Assembly: GCA_963662315.1 (NCBI GenBank) | Contig: OY759353.1 | Span: forward strand, 1,152,001 to 1,216,000 | Direction: 5' to 3' | Length of the DNA: 64,000 nucleotides | Origin: Geopsychrobacteraceae bacterium | Lineage (GTDB): Bacteria; Desulfobacterota; Desulfuromonadia; Desulfuromonadales; Geopsychrobacteraceae | In this document: positions 38,778 to 49,217 of the stretch, piece by piece | Position numbering within the stretch: the stretch's first letter is position 1 | Layout of the letters: each line of letters starts with the position of its first letter | Position numbers and translations under genes: made by a program | The notes under the pieces: model-generated | Database searches by the model: none | Told to the model about the DNA's origin: nothing | The model's input: the letters and a program-made list of their open reading frames with translations, nothing else

Positions 38778-41135
38778 ATGGCATCAATAAGCATGGCTTC
38801 AAAAATTAACCGTAACAAAGACCGGTCTTTAGGACTCAGTACGCTGCAGGACATCAGCACCATTATTCTGCAGTCCCATGATCTTAACGAAACAATTACC
38901 AATATTGTTGACTTGGTTGCCCAGCGGGCCCAATCAGACGTATGCTCGCTATACCTGCTGGAAGAAGACAACAGTACATTAACATTAAGGGCAACCAAAG
39001 GTCTGGACCAAGCCGCCATTGGCAAGGTCAGGCTACGTATAGGTGAAGGTCTGACCGGTAAAACCGCAGCCGAAAAACAGGTTATGGCCATTCAGGAGCC
39101 GCAAAACCATCCCGATTACCGCTATTTCTCTGAAACAGGCGAGGAACAGTTTCACACCTTTGTTGGTATTCCTCTATTTGACCGCAATCAATCGATTGGC
39201 GTTCTCGTTATCCAGACGATTGAACCGCATATTTTTGGCCAGGAAGAGCTAGCCACCCTAACCACCATTGCGTTTCAAGTTACCTCAATTGTTGTCAATG
39301 CCCGCTTACTTGATGCTATCCAGAAGTACCGCCTCCCTCAACAAACAGAAGCTCTTGAAGGGGCAACAAAAGGCGAACCCACGGCCATTAAACCGGGAGG
39401 CATCCTGATTGGACAGACAGCTTACCCTGGGGTTGTCAGTGGTCCGGCAAATGTCATCGACCAGCAATTCGGGTTTGCAGATATTATTGATGAATGCCAG
39501 GTCTCTCCAGAACAGGAACGTATTAACCTGGATGAAGCACTGCGCAAAACCAGAATCCAGACCCTGTACCTGGAAAAACGGGTTGCAAACCAGCTCACCC
39601 AGGAAGATGCCGCCATTTTCCATACCCACCTGATGATTCTGGAGGATCGTGGTTTTATCGAAAAGCTTTATCGCTATATTGATGACAGCCACAGCGCACC
39701 TTACGCCCTCAAAAGAGTCATTGGCAGCTATCTTGAAGCGTTCAGCAAAATGGAAGACCCTTATCTGCGTGAGCGGGCAGCCGATATGGAAGATATTGGA
39801 CGACGCCTGCTCGCTAACCTGACGGGCAAGGATACCGAGGGATTGCATCTGAATCACTCAGGGATTCTAGTAGCCAAGCGCCTACTCCCTTCAGATATGG
39901 CTGTCCTTGACCATAATCTTATCAAAGGCATGATTATAGAGTCTCACGAAGCGAACTCGCACTCGGTGATCATGGCCAAAGCCCTGGGCATTCCAGCCCT
40001 TATTGGCGTTAAAGGAGCGGTCAAGGCGATTGAACCTGACACCCATCTGATCCTGGACGCGAATACCGGTCATATTTATCAGAATCCTTCGCAGGCTATT
40101 ATTGATGAATACAATCGGGTCGAAAATGATCGCAAGCTTGAACTCGAACGCCTTAGCGAATTTCGCAATATTGCGGCAGTCACCAGCGATGAGCTGAAAA
40201 TATGCCTGCGCGCCAATATCGGCCTGATCAGCGATATTGACGTCGCCAAGCGCCATGGTGCCGAGGGCGTTGGCCTGTACAGGACCGAGTTTCCCTACAT
40301 GGCCCGAGCCAGTTTCCCTAATCGCAATGATCAATACCTGCTGTATAAGAAAGTCGTTGAAGATTTCGAAGATCAGGTCGTGACGATCAGGACCCTTGAT
40401 ATAGGAGGAGACAAATCCCTTCCTTATTTCAGTCACCCTAAAGAAGACAACCCTTTTATGGGATGGAGATCCGTCAGGGTCAGTCTTGACAACCGTGAAA
40501 TTTTTCAGACCCAGATTGAAGCAATCCTGATGGCCGCCACCCACGGCCAGGTTCGCCTCCTGTTTCCGATGATTTCAACCATTGATGAAATAGTCTCCTG
40601 TAAAGCGATTGTTCGTGCAGCCAAAGAACAGCTGACCAAGGAGGGGATCCCTTTTAATGCAAATATTCCACTGGGAGCTATGATCGAGGTTCCGGCAGCA
40701 GTCCGCCTGGCTCCCCATCTGGCCAAAGAAGTCGATTTTTTTGCTCTGGGAACCAATGACCTGATTCAATATATGTTGGCAGCAGACCGTTCAAACCCTC
40801 GTGTTGAAAATTATTACGACCCACTCCACCCTGCTGTTCTTCTGTCCATCGCCAGTCTGGCCGAAACAGCCAGGGAGCATAACATCAAACTGTGTGTTTG
40901 TGGGGAGATGGCTGCGGATCCGGCTTGCCTTATAGCCCTGATCGGTCTAGGCATACATGAATTTTCTCTTTCTGCCCCCTATATCCCCCAGTTGAAAAAG
41001 TTTCTTGGCTGGATTGATTCCAAAGAGGTCTCGGCCTTGGCTGACGATTTCCTTACCTGCGCGCACAGTCGTGAGATTCGCAGCCAAATAGAAGACTACA
41101 TTGCTGATCTGTACAAAAAAGGACGCATTCATTGA
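38778..41135 (+). CDS. ptsP: GAF-containing PEP-protein phosphotransferase (enzyme I-Ntr)
   Basis: N-terminal GAF (GEGLTG); SHSVIMAKALGIP (phospho-His); GLYRTEF, RTLDIGGDK, GTNDLIQY, CGEMA. Confidence 0.93.
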   Translation: MASISMASKINRNKDRSLGLSTLQDISTIILQSHDLNETITNIVDLVAQRAQSDVCSLYLLEEDNSTLTLRATKGLDQAAIGKVRLRIGEGLTGKTAAEKQVMAIQEPQNHPDYRYFSETGEEQFHTFVGIPLFDRNQSIGVLVIQTIEPHIFGQEELATLTTIAFQVTSIVVNARLLDAIQKYRLPQQTEALEGATKGEPTAIKPGGILIGQTAYPGVVSGPANVIDQQFGFADIIDECQVSPEQERINLDEALRKTRIQTLYLEKRVANQLTQEDAAIFHTHLMILEDRGFIEKLYRYIDDSHSAPYALKRVIGSYLEAFSKMEDPYLRERAADMEDIGRRLLANLTGKDTEGLHLNHSGILVAKRLLPSDMAVLDHNLIKGMIIESHEANSHSVIMAKALGIPALIGVKGAVKAIEPDTHLILDANTGHIYQNPSQAIIDEYNRVENDRKLELERLSEFRNIAAVTSDELKICLRANIGLISDIDVAKRHGAEGVGLYRTEFPYMARASFPNRNDQYLLYKKVVEDFEDQVVTIRTLDIGGDKSLPYFSHPKEDNPFMGWRSVRVSLDNREIFQTQIEAILMAATHGQVRLLFPMISTIDEIVSCKAIVRAAKEQLTKEGIPFNANIPLGAMIEVPAAVRLAPHLAKEVDFFALGTNDLIQYMLAADRSNPRVENYYDPLHPAVLLSIASLAETAREHNIKLCVCGEMAADPACLIALIGLGIHEFSLSAPYIPQLKKFLGWIDSKEVSALADDFLTCAHSREIRSQIEDYIADLYKKGRIH

Positions 41136-41182
41136 TATACACCAGGGCTCCACAAGGAGCCCTGCAATTACATACCGTCTGA

Positions 41183-44100
41183 TCAGGCCAGAATAACCAG
41201 CAGATCGCCTTGATCAACCTGTGCACCTTCCCGGAAAATGATTTCCTTAACCTCACCCGCCATGGTCGCCTTTACGTTCGTTTCCATCTTCATCGCTTCA
41301 GTGACAACCAACACATCGCCGAATGAAACCTGATCACCTTCAGAGACTGCCACTTTAAATATTTTCCCCGGCATGGGAGCCCCGATTTCATGGCCGTTGT
41401 CCGGGTCAGCCTTGACATGACTTTCCTCATGCAAAGATATTGACTGATCTTTAATCGTTGCGCTTCGCGGTTCACCATTCAACTCAAAGTAGATATGCCT
41501 GGTCCCGTCTTCCCGCACCCGCCCTACGGCATTGAGCTTGACGATAAGAGATTTTCCCTCTTCAATTTCGATAGTGACTTCGTCACCGATATCAAGACCA
41601 TAAAAAAATACCGGCGTAGACAGAACAGAGATATCACTGTAATTTTGCCGAAAACGATCAAACTCCTCAAATACGCCAGGATAAAGAACTGCCGAAAGGA
41701 CATCACGCTCACTGATACTGTGCCCAACTTTTTTTTCAACCTCTAATTTTCTGGCTGAAAAATCAACAGGTTCCAAAAGCTCTCCCGGTCGGCAGGTTAA
41801 TGGCTGTTCCCCCTTCAAAATTAGCCGTTGCAGTTCTGGCGGAAAACCACCATAGGGCTGTCCTATCATCCCCTTGAAAAAATCGATAACCCCCTGGGGA
41901 AAGCTCAGGAGGTCACCTTCACGAAAAATATCATCGGGCTCTAAATTATTCTGAACCATAAACATGGCCATATCACCAACGATTTTTGAGGACGGCGTCA
42001 CCTTGACCAGATCACCGAACATATCATTGACTCGGCGATACATGCTTTTACACTCTTCCCAGCGATGCCCGAGCCCAAGGCCCTCGACCTGTGGTTTATA
42101 ATTGGAGTACTGCCCCCCGGGAATTTCATGATGGTAAACCTCAGCAGTTCCACTTCTTAATTCTGATTCGAATGGAGCATAATAGCTACGACATGCTTCC
42201 CAATAATTAGCAAGTGCCTGCAAACCGGATAGATCCAATTGTGGATCCCAAATGGTGCCTTGCAATGCAGCAACCAGGGCATTCATATTTGGTTGAGCGG
42301 TCAAGCCAGAGACGGAGGAAAGAGCAGTATCAACAATATCGCACCCAGCCTGAGTTGCTTGTAAATACATGGCGCTACCATTACTTGAAGTATCATGAGT
42401 ATGCAGATGAATGGGTAACCCGATTTCATTTTTCAGCGCCTTGATCAACTTTTCAGCCGCAAATGGTTTGATCAGACCGGCCATATCTTTGATGGCCAGG
42501 ATATGTGCCCCCATCTTCTCAAGCTCTTTAGCCATGGACACATAATACGACAAGGGGTATTTATCCCTCCGCGGATCCTGAATATCTCCTGTGTAGCAAA
42601 TAGCTGCTTCACAGATAGCACCGTTTTTGCGCACTGCATCCATCGCGATACACATACCCTTGGTCCAGTTCAGCGAATCAAAAACCCTAAAAAGATCGAT
42701 TCCACCTTGAGCGGCCTTGGCTACAAATTCCTGCACGACGTTATCAGGATAATTGGTATAACCAACCGCATTTGAGCCCCTCAATAACATCTGAAACAGG
42801 ATATTGGGAATTTTGCTGCGTAAGCGGTCAAGACGCTCCCAAGGATCTTCACGCAAAAACCTCATGCTCACGTCAAAGGTTGCACCACCCCACATCTCCA
42901 AAGAAAACAGCCCACCTCCTAAGTGTGCTGTCGCCTCAGCAATACGGTCAAGATCATAAGTGCGAAAACGGGTTGCAACAAGAGATTGGTGTGCATCACG
43001 CAAAGTTGTATCTGTAATCAATAACTGCTTATGAGCTCGTGCCCACTGGGCCAGACCTTCCGCCCCCTTTTCACGAAAGATATCCCGCGTTCCTCGCGGA
43101 TGCTGCTGACCGTAAGGAATCTCCGGAATAACAGGTTCTCTAAGATCTTTAAAATTTAACGCCTTCTCTCTGGCGATACCCGGGTAGCCATTAACTATCA
43201 CCTCCCCGATATAATTGAGGATCTTGTTGGCGCGATCCTTCCTGACCCGCAAATCAAATACTTCAGGATGATTATCGAGAAAGGAGGTGTCGCATTGGCC
43301 CGCCAGAAACACAGGATGAGTCATCATTTTTTCGAGAAATCCGATATTGGTTTTAACTCCACGGATTCTAAATTCCTGAAGCGAACGATGCATTGTCCTG
43401 GCTGCATCGGCAAAAGTCAGTCCCCACGTAGAAATTTTCACCAACAGGGAATCGTAGTGAGGAGTAATCTGCGCCCCGGCATAACCGGCTGCGGCATCAA
43501 GCCGGACCCCAAAGCCCGCTGCAGTCCGATAGGCTTTTATGACACCAAAATCTGGGGCAAAATTATTCGCAGGATCTTCCGTTGTGACACGTGACTGAAT
43601 GGCACAACCACGCAATTCAATATCACTTTGTCCGGTGATGCCAATTTCAGGATCGTCCAGTCGGTACCCCTCAGCGACCCGAATCTGCATCTGCACCAGA
43701 TTACGCATAGTGATCAGCTCAGTCACAGTGTGCTCCACCTGAATACGCGGATTGACTTCGATAAAATAGAAGTTTTCATCCCGATCCATTAAAAACTCAA
43801 CCGTACCGGCGTTCACATAGCCAACAGCCTGACCAATCTTCAATGCCGCAGCACACAACTCTTCACGCTTGCCAGGGGTCAGATACATTGAAGGTGCAAT
43901 TTCAATAACTTTTTGATGGCGCCTCTGAATGGAACAGTCCCGCTCAAAAAAATGGACCAAATTCCCATAGCCATCGCCAACAATCTGGACCTCAACATGC
44001 TTGGGATTTTCAATATATTTTTCAAGAAAAATGGTCGCATCGCCAAAGGCAGCGCGTGCTTCAGATGCAGCGCTCTTAAGTCCTTCCAGTAGTTCTTTCT

Positions 44101-44635
44101 GATTATGTACCACTCGCATGCCACGACCACCGCCACCAGCACTGGCTTTAACGATGATCGGGTAGCCTGACTGCTTTGCGAATATCAGGGCATCTTCATG
44201 ACTATCAACAGGTTCGGCAGTTCCCGGAACAACTGGAACACCTGCAGTAATAGCAACATGCCGCCCAGACACTTTATTGCCCAGGCGCCTTTGAATATCA
44301 GGAGTCGGCCCGATAAAAACGATACCTGCCCGCTCACATGCTTCGGCAAAATCGGCATTTTCAGACAGAAAACCATACCCGGGATGGATGGCATCGACAT
44401 TTTTTTTACGCGCCAGATCTATTATTTCATCGATTCCCAGATAGGCCTCAACCGGCCCCTTCCCTTTACCGATCAGATACGCTTCATCGGCCTTGTACCG
44501 GTGGAGAGACAATCTGTCCTGTTCAGAATAAATAGCGACCGTCGCGATACCAAGCTCAGTACAGGCCCTGAAAATGCGTATAGCAATTTCACCACGGTTC
44601 GCAGCCATAACACGTTTGAAAGGTCGTTTGATCAT
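41183..44635 (-). CDS. pyc: Pyruvate carboxylase (single chain)
   Basis: ANRGEIA, GGGGRGMR, RDAHQSL, WGGATFD, HTHDT, EAMKME biotin site. Confidence 0.97.
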   Translation of the reverse strand: MIKRPFKRVMAANRGEIAIRIFRACTELGIATVAIYSEQDRLSLHRYKADEAYLIGKGKGPVEAYLGIDEIIDLARKKNVDAIHPGYGFLSENADFAEACERAGIVFIGPTPDIQRRLGNKVSGRHVAITAGVPVVPGTAEPVDSHEDALIFAKQSGYPIIVKASAGGGGRGMRVVHNQKELLEGLKSAASEARAAFGDATIFLEKYIENPKHVEVQIVGDGYGNLVHFFERDCSIQRRHQKVIEIAPSMYLTPGKREELCAAALKIGQAVGYVNAGTVEFLMDRDENFYFIEVNPRIQVEHTVTELITMRNLVQMQIRVAEGYRLDDPEIGITGQSDIELRGCAIQSRVTTEDPANNFAPDFGVIKAYRTAAGFGVRLDAAAGYAGAQITPHYDSLLVKISTWGLTFADAARTMHRSLQEFRIRGVKTNIGFLEKMMTHPVFLAGQCDTSFLDNHPEVFDLRVRKDRANKILNYIGEVIVNGYPGIAREKALNFKDLREPVIPEIPYGQQHPRGTRDIFREKGAEGLAQWARAHKQLLITDTTLRDAHQSLVATRFRTYDLDRIAEATAHLGGGLFSLEMWGGATFDVSMRFLREDPWERLDRLRSKIPNILFQMLLRGSNAVGYTNYPDNVVQEFVAKAAQGGIDLFRVFDSLNWTKGMCIAMDAVRKNGAICEAAICYTGDIQDPRRDKYPLSYYVSMAKELEKMGAHILAIKDMAGLIKPFAAEKLIKALKNEIGLPIHLHTHDTSSNGSAMYLQATQAGCDIVDTALSSVSGLTAQPNMNALVAALQGTIWDPQLDLSGLQALANYWEACRSYYAPFESELRSGTAEVYHHEIPGGQYSNYKPQVEGLGLGHRWEECKSMYRRVNDMFGDLVKVTPSSKIVGDMAMFMVQNNLEPDDIFREGDLLSFPQGVIDFFKGMIGQPYGGFPPELQRLILKGEQPLTCRPGELLEPVDFSARKLEVEKKVGHSISERDVLSAVLYPGVFEEFDRFRQNYSDISVLSTPVFFYGLDIGDEVTIEIEEGKSLIVKLNAVGRVREDGTRHIYFELNGEPRSATIKDQSISLHEESHVKADPDNGHEIGAPMPGKIFKVAVSEGDQVSFGDVLVVTEAMKMETNVKATMAGEVKEIIFREGAQVDQGDLLVILA

Positions 44636-44879
44636 TCCGCTGGACTCCTGTTTAGATTGACTAGCTCACATTTACGGCAAAGTTAACAGTATCCTCCCAT
44701 CTAATAGCTCATATATTGCTATATCAGGAATATGTATTAGCAATAAAACAATAGATAAAAAAATTGTCAAGCAAAACATCGTTCTACTGTTTTATTTAAA
44801 CTAAAATACATCTTTAAATTACTGGAATATCAAGGAAAAAAGATTGAAAAAATTAAAGAAAAACAGAAGAGAATGAAGA

Positions 44880-45536
44880 TTAGGCACTGATGGAAATAAA
44901 TTCAGAAACGTGACTGGCATACGCCCGATAAGCAGAGTCCTGAAGCTTGGCGACCGGCTGACCACTTTCTTCACCGGAAGAATCTGTGGTTTCTTGTGCT
45001 TCAGTTTCATTCTCAATCGAATTATCAGTTGCAGGCTCCTCGGCCAACTTCTGACGCGCTTTGGTTGCCATTACTTGCGCCTTTTGGGCGACTTTCATAT
45101 CCTGAGAGCTGGGTTGCGCCGGAGCCAGAGCAGCCGCCCTGACCTGATTTGCCTTCTGCAGCGTTGCTTCAGGATCACCGGGAACGGCAGCGACATCAAT
45201 ACTGACCTCACCGTCAGTGACATAGCTTCTGCCATCGGCTCCCTTGGTATACGAAAAACTTGGCGAACCTGCGTACTGTCCACCGGCTGCAGCATGAGCT
45301 GCTTCGTGAGAACGAACTTCCTTATCCCGAAGCTGCAGAGCCCTGATTTCCTGGGCTTCCTGACTCAGTTCAAATGTGTCTTTAGGACTTCCGTCTGCCT
45401 TGGTCGTCTGTTGACCTGGTTCAGTGCGGACCGAATCGCTCGCCTGGGATTCCCTTGCTTCTTCTAGGGCCGAAGAGACACCCTCAAGCTGAGAACGAGA
45501 GTGCACAATGGTAAGATTTGATATGTTTTTCAGCAT
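44880..45536 (-). CDS. SprA-related family protein (putative metalloprotease motif)
   Basis: RDKEVRSHEAAHAAAGG, GEVSID, AALAPAQPSSQD. Confidence 0.78.
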   Translation of the reverse strand: MLKNISNLTIVHSRSQLEGVSSALEEARESQASDSVRTEPGQQTTKADGSPKDTFELSQEAQEIRALQLRDKEVRSHEAAHAAAGGQYAGSPSFSYTKGADGRSYVTDGEVSIDVAAVPGDPEATLQKANQVRAAALAPAQPSSQDMKVAQKAQVMATKARQKLAEEPATDNSIENETEAQETTDSSGEESGQPVAKLQDSAYRAYASHVSEFISISA

Positions 45537-45664
45537 ATTTATTCCATTTTAGTCATCTGACATCATCTATAATAGCGAACACCTTAGTTTCCATCAATGA
45601 TAATTTAACAATTCCACATCTGGTGACTATTCCTGTTGCCGCATATACCCGCGCGTGATAACCT

Positions 45665-45684
45665 TCCGTCAAACATATGACGGA
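45665..45684. promoter_or_regulatory. Palindromic operator upstream of NtrC-type regulator
   Basis: TCCGTCA-aacata-TGACGGA. Confidence 0.55.
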
Positions 45685-45701
45685 CACGGGGAACACTGAC
45701 A

Positions 45702-47081
45702 ATGCCTAACTTAGCGCAAATCCTGCTTATCGATGATGAAGCTGAGAGCTGTAAAGCCCTGTCGCTGCTCTTACAGCGTTCCGGTTACACAATCAAATCA
45801 TGTCTATCTGGGGAAGAAGCCCTCGATATTCTCAACAGTCAATTTTTTGATCTGGTTATCAGTGATCTACTGCTGCCCGATGTCAATGGCATCGATATTT
45901 TAAAACACATCAAAGAAAATTCTCCCGAGACCTCGGTTATTCTGATCACCGGCAACGCCTCAGCGGAATCTGCCGTTGAAGCGATGAAGGAAGGTGCCCT
46001 TGATTATATTACCAAACCCTTCAACTTTGAACGCCTGAAAATTCAAGTAGCCAAAGCGCTTGAGAAAAGTCGACTGGTGATTGAAAACCAATATCTGAAA
46101 CAGCAATTGCATGGACGCTATCGCTTTACCAATATCATTGGGACCAGTCAGGCCATGCAATACGTTTTTACCTGTATGCAAAAGGTGGTCGAAACGGAGT
46201 CAACAATTCTCATTCTTGGTGCGTCGGGGACCGGCAAAGAACTGGTCGCCAACGCAATTCATTACAATGGCCCGCGTAAAGAAAAGCCTTTTATTGCTAT
46301 TAACTGTGGAGCTATCCCTGAAGATCTACTTGAATCTGAACTGTTTGGTCATGTCAAAGGGGCATTTACCAGTGCCATTGCCGACAAGTACGGAAAATTT
46401 GAAGCAGCCAACGGTGGTACCATCTTTTTAGATGAAATAGGTGACATGCCACTGCATCTTCAGATGAAATTATTGCGAGTCCTTCAGGAACACGAGATTG
46501 AACGGATCGGTTCAACAAAAAAAATTCATCTGGATGTCCGCCTTATCTCCGCAACACATGTTGATCTACAACAAAAGGTGCGCAACGGACTGTTCCGCGA
46601 AGATCTTTATTACCGCCTCAACGTTATCCCCATTCACTTGCCATCCCTGAAAGAACGACGCGGGGATATTCCCCAACTGACCCGTCATTTCATGGAAAAG
46701 ATATGCAAAGAAATGAATCGGCCGGTTATGGCGATCAGCGATGAGGCCATGGCTGCGCTTGAAGGTTATGAATGGCCCGGTAACGTTCGTGAAATGGAAA
46801 ATATCATCGAAAGAACGGTCGCGTTAACAGACGGAGAGAGGATAAGCCTGACGGATCTGCCTCCCGACATTGCCGGCCAGTCTTATCATGGAGCCAACAT
46901 TCCGAAGCGACTTCCCGTTGAAGGAATCGATTTAAATCAGGTTGTAGCCGATCTGGAGAAAGAATTGATTGGACAGGCGCTGATTCTGGGCAAAGGAGTC
47001 AAAGCACGTGCGGCCGAACTTTTGAATATAAACCGAACAACCCTGGTTGAAAAAATCAAGCGACTGAAAATGGATGCCTGA
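45702..47081 (+). CDS. NtrC-family sigma-54 response regulator (REC-AAA+-HTH)
   Basis: IDDE, ISDLLLP, ITG, KPF; GASGTGKE, GAFTSA, WPGNVRE; INRTTLVEKIKR. Confidence 0.93.
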   Translation: MPNLAQILLIDDEAESCKALSLLLQRSGYTIKSCLSGEEALDILNSQFFDLVISDLLLPDVNGIDILKHIKENSPETSVILITGNASAESAVEAMKEGALDYITKPFNFERLKIQVAKALEKSRLVIENQYLKQQLHGRYRFTNIIGTSQAMQYVFTCMQKVVETESTILILGASGTGKELVANAIHYNGPRKEKPFIAINCGAIPEDLLESELFGHVKGAFTSAIADKYGKFEAANGGTIFLDEIGDMPLHLQMKLLRVLQEHEIERIGSTKKIHLDVRLISATHVDLQQKVRNGLFREDLYYRLNVIPIHLPSLKERRGDIPQLTRHFMEKICKEMNRPVMAISDEAMAALEGYEWPGNVREMENIIERTVALTDGERISLTDLPPDIAGQSYHGANIPKRLPVEGIDLNQVVADLEKELIGQALILGKGVKARAAELLNINRTTLVEKIKRLKMDA

Positions 47082-47160
47082 CCCTGCAATAAAAAACCTA
47101 AGCAGAGCCAGGCCGAGAACAACTCGCGCTAGCGTCGCGAACGGCTACTAAATAGTGCGA

Positions 47161-48972
47161 TTACTTTGTCTTTTTTTCCATCCGCTTACGATCATTCGCA
47201 TCGAGATAGCGCTTACGTAAACGAATTGATTTTGGCGTAATTTCGACCAGTTCATCATCATCAATGTACTCAAGAGCCTGTTCTAGGGACAGATTGCGTG
47301 GCGGTACCAAGCGTACGGCATCATCACTGCCAGAAGCCCGGACGTTGGTCAGTTTTTTCCCCTTGCAGGCATTAACAACCAGGTCGTTCTCCTTGGCATG
47401 CTGACCGATGATCATCCCTTCGTATACATCCACCCCGGGACCAACAAACAGAATACCGCGATCCTGCAGTCCGAACAATGCGTAAGCAACTGTTTCCCCT
47501 GCTTCCATCGCAATCAACACGCCATTTTTACGACCGACAATCGGACCTTTATAAGGCGCATAGTCATGGAACGTGTGATTCATCACACCGGTTCCACGGG
47601 TGTCGGTAAGAAATTCAGTTCGGAAGCCAATCAAACCACGCGCCGGGATGAGGAATTCAAGACGGTTGGTCCCTTCCATGGTCTGCATGGAGGTCATTTC
47701 AGCTTTCCGGGTTCCGAGTTTTTCAATGACCGTCCCCTGATATTCTTCAGGAACATCAATGGCCAGATATTCAATAGGCTCACATCTTTCACCATCAATT
47801 TCCCGGAAAATAACTTCCGGTTTGGAAACTGACATTTCATAACCTTCGCGACGCATATTTTCGATAAGAATCGACAGATGCAATTCACCGCGGCCAGAGA
47901 CCTTGAAGGTATCGGTATTGTCGGTATCCTCGACACGCAAAGAAACGTTTGTCCGTAATTCTTTCATCAACCGGTCACGGATGTTTCTTGATGTCACATA
48001 CTTTCCTTCATGCCCGGCGAAGGGTGAATTGCTGACCATAAAGTTCATCGACAATGTCGGCTCATCGATCGCAACATATGGCAACGCAACAGGAGTTTCT
48101 ATATCAGCCAGAGATTCTCCTATCCCCAGCTCCTCAAACCCGGCGATAGAAACAATATCCCCGGCGCTCGCTTCCTCAATTTCAACCTGCTGGAGCCCCT
48201 GATAACCGAGCAGTTTGGTAATTCGCCCACTCTTTATCTTCCCCTCGCGGTCAATGTGAGCAACCGTCTGGCCAGCACTAAGGGTACCATTAAAAATTTT
48301 ACCGGTGGCGATACGACCGATAAACTTATTGTAGGCAATACTGGTTACCAGTAACTGGAATGGTGCCTGCGCGTCACCAACCGGAGGATCTACCTTATCC
48401 CCAATCATTTGAAACAAAGGCTCAAGGTTATCGGATTCATCTTCCAGATTACGCTTGGCAATACCGTTCTTAGCACTGGCGTAAACGATCGGGAAATCGA
48501 GCTGATCTTCATTGGCGTTTAGCTCACAGAAGAGGTCAAAAACCATATCAACAACTTCTTCCGGGCGTGCTCCAGGGCGATCGATCTTATTGATAACAAC
48601 AATCGGCTTAAGACCAAGGTCGAGAGACTTTTTAAGCACAAAACGGGTCTGAGGCATTGGTCCGTCAAATGCGTCAACCAATAACAGAACCGAATCAACC
48701 ATCTTCAAAATACGCTCAACCTCACCACCAAAATCGGCGTGTCCCGGAGTATCGACAATATTTATCTTGAGATCTCCATGTTGGACGGAAAGGTTTTTGG
48801 AAAGAATAGTAATTCCACGCTCTTTTTCCAGATCGTTACTGTCCATAACCCTTTCAGTAATAACCTGATTCTCGCGAAAAACTCCGGATTGAATCAGCAT
48901 GGCGTCAACAAGTGTTGTCTTGCCATGATCAACGTGTGCAATAATTGCGATGTTTCTAATATGTTCAGACAT
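47161..48972 (-). CDS. typA: Translational GTPase TypA/BipA
   Basis: [41 protein letters not shown]. Confidence 0.98.
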   Translation of the reverse strand: MSEHIRNIAIIAHVDHGKTTLVDAMLIQSGVFRENQVITERVMDSNDLEKERGITILSKNLSVQHGDLKINIVDTPGHADFGGEVERILKMVDSVLLLVDAFDGPMPQTRFVLKKSLDLGLKPIVVINKIDRPGARPEEVVDMVFDLFCELNANEDQLDFPIVYASAKNGIAKRNLEDESDNLEPLFQMIGDKVDPPVGDAQAPFQLLVTSIAYNKFIGRIATGKIFNGTLSAGQTVAHIDREGKIKSGRITKLLGYQGLQQVEIEEASAGDIVSIAGFEELGIGESLADIETPVALPYVAIDEPTLSMNFMVSNSPFAGHEGKYVTSRNIRDRLMKELRTNVSLRVEDTDNTDTFKVSGRGELHLSILIENMRREGYEMSVSKPEVIFREIDGERCEPIEYLAIDVPEEYQGTVIEKLGTRKAEMTSMQTMEGTNRLEFLIPARGLIGFRTEFLTDTRGTGVMNHTFHDYAPYKGPIVGRKNGVLIAMEAGETVAYALFGLQDRGILFVGPGVDVYEGMIIGQHAKENDLVVNACKGKKLTNVRASGSDDAVRLVPPRNLSLEQALEYIDDDELVEITPKSIRLRKRYLDANDRKRMEKKTK

Positions 48973-49217
48973 AATTTAATAAACCCTTTTATTAACGGAC
49001 ATCCCCCAAAAGATCCGGATTATGCCAGAAACCACGGACCAAGCCAAGCTAAATAGAATAGCCTTCGGTAAATTTAATTGATTTCTAAAACCCTTAGAAA
49101 TGGACATATTCTTGACAGGTTGACAACTTTTACCTATGGTCAGCAAGACTTTCAGCAAGTTACCATCAGACACCTGTTTTCCAGCACATGGATTAATTAC
49201 AATTTAAAGGCTGAGCA

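Noticed and set aside
39306..40544. Long antisense ORFs in ptsP (183 and 217 aa)
   Set aside because: Reverse-frame shadows of a conserved gene
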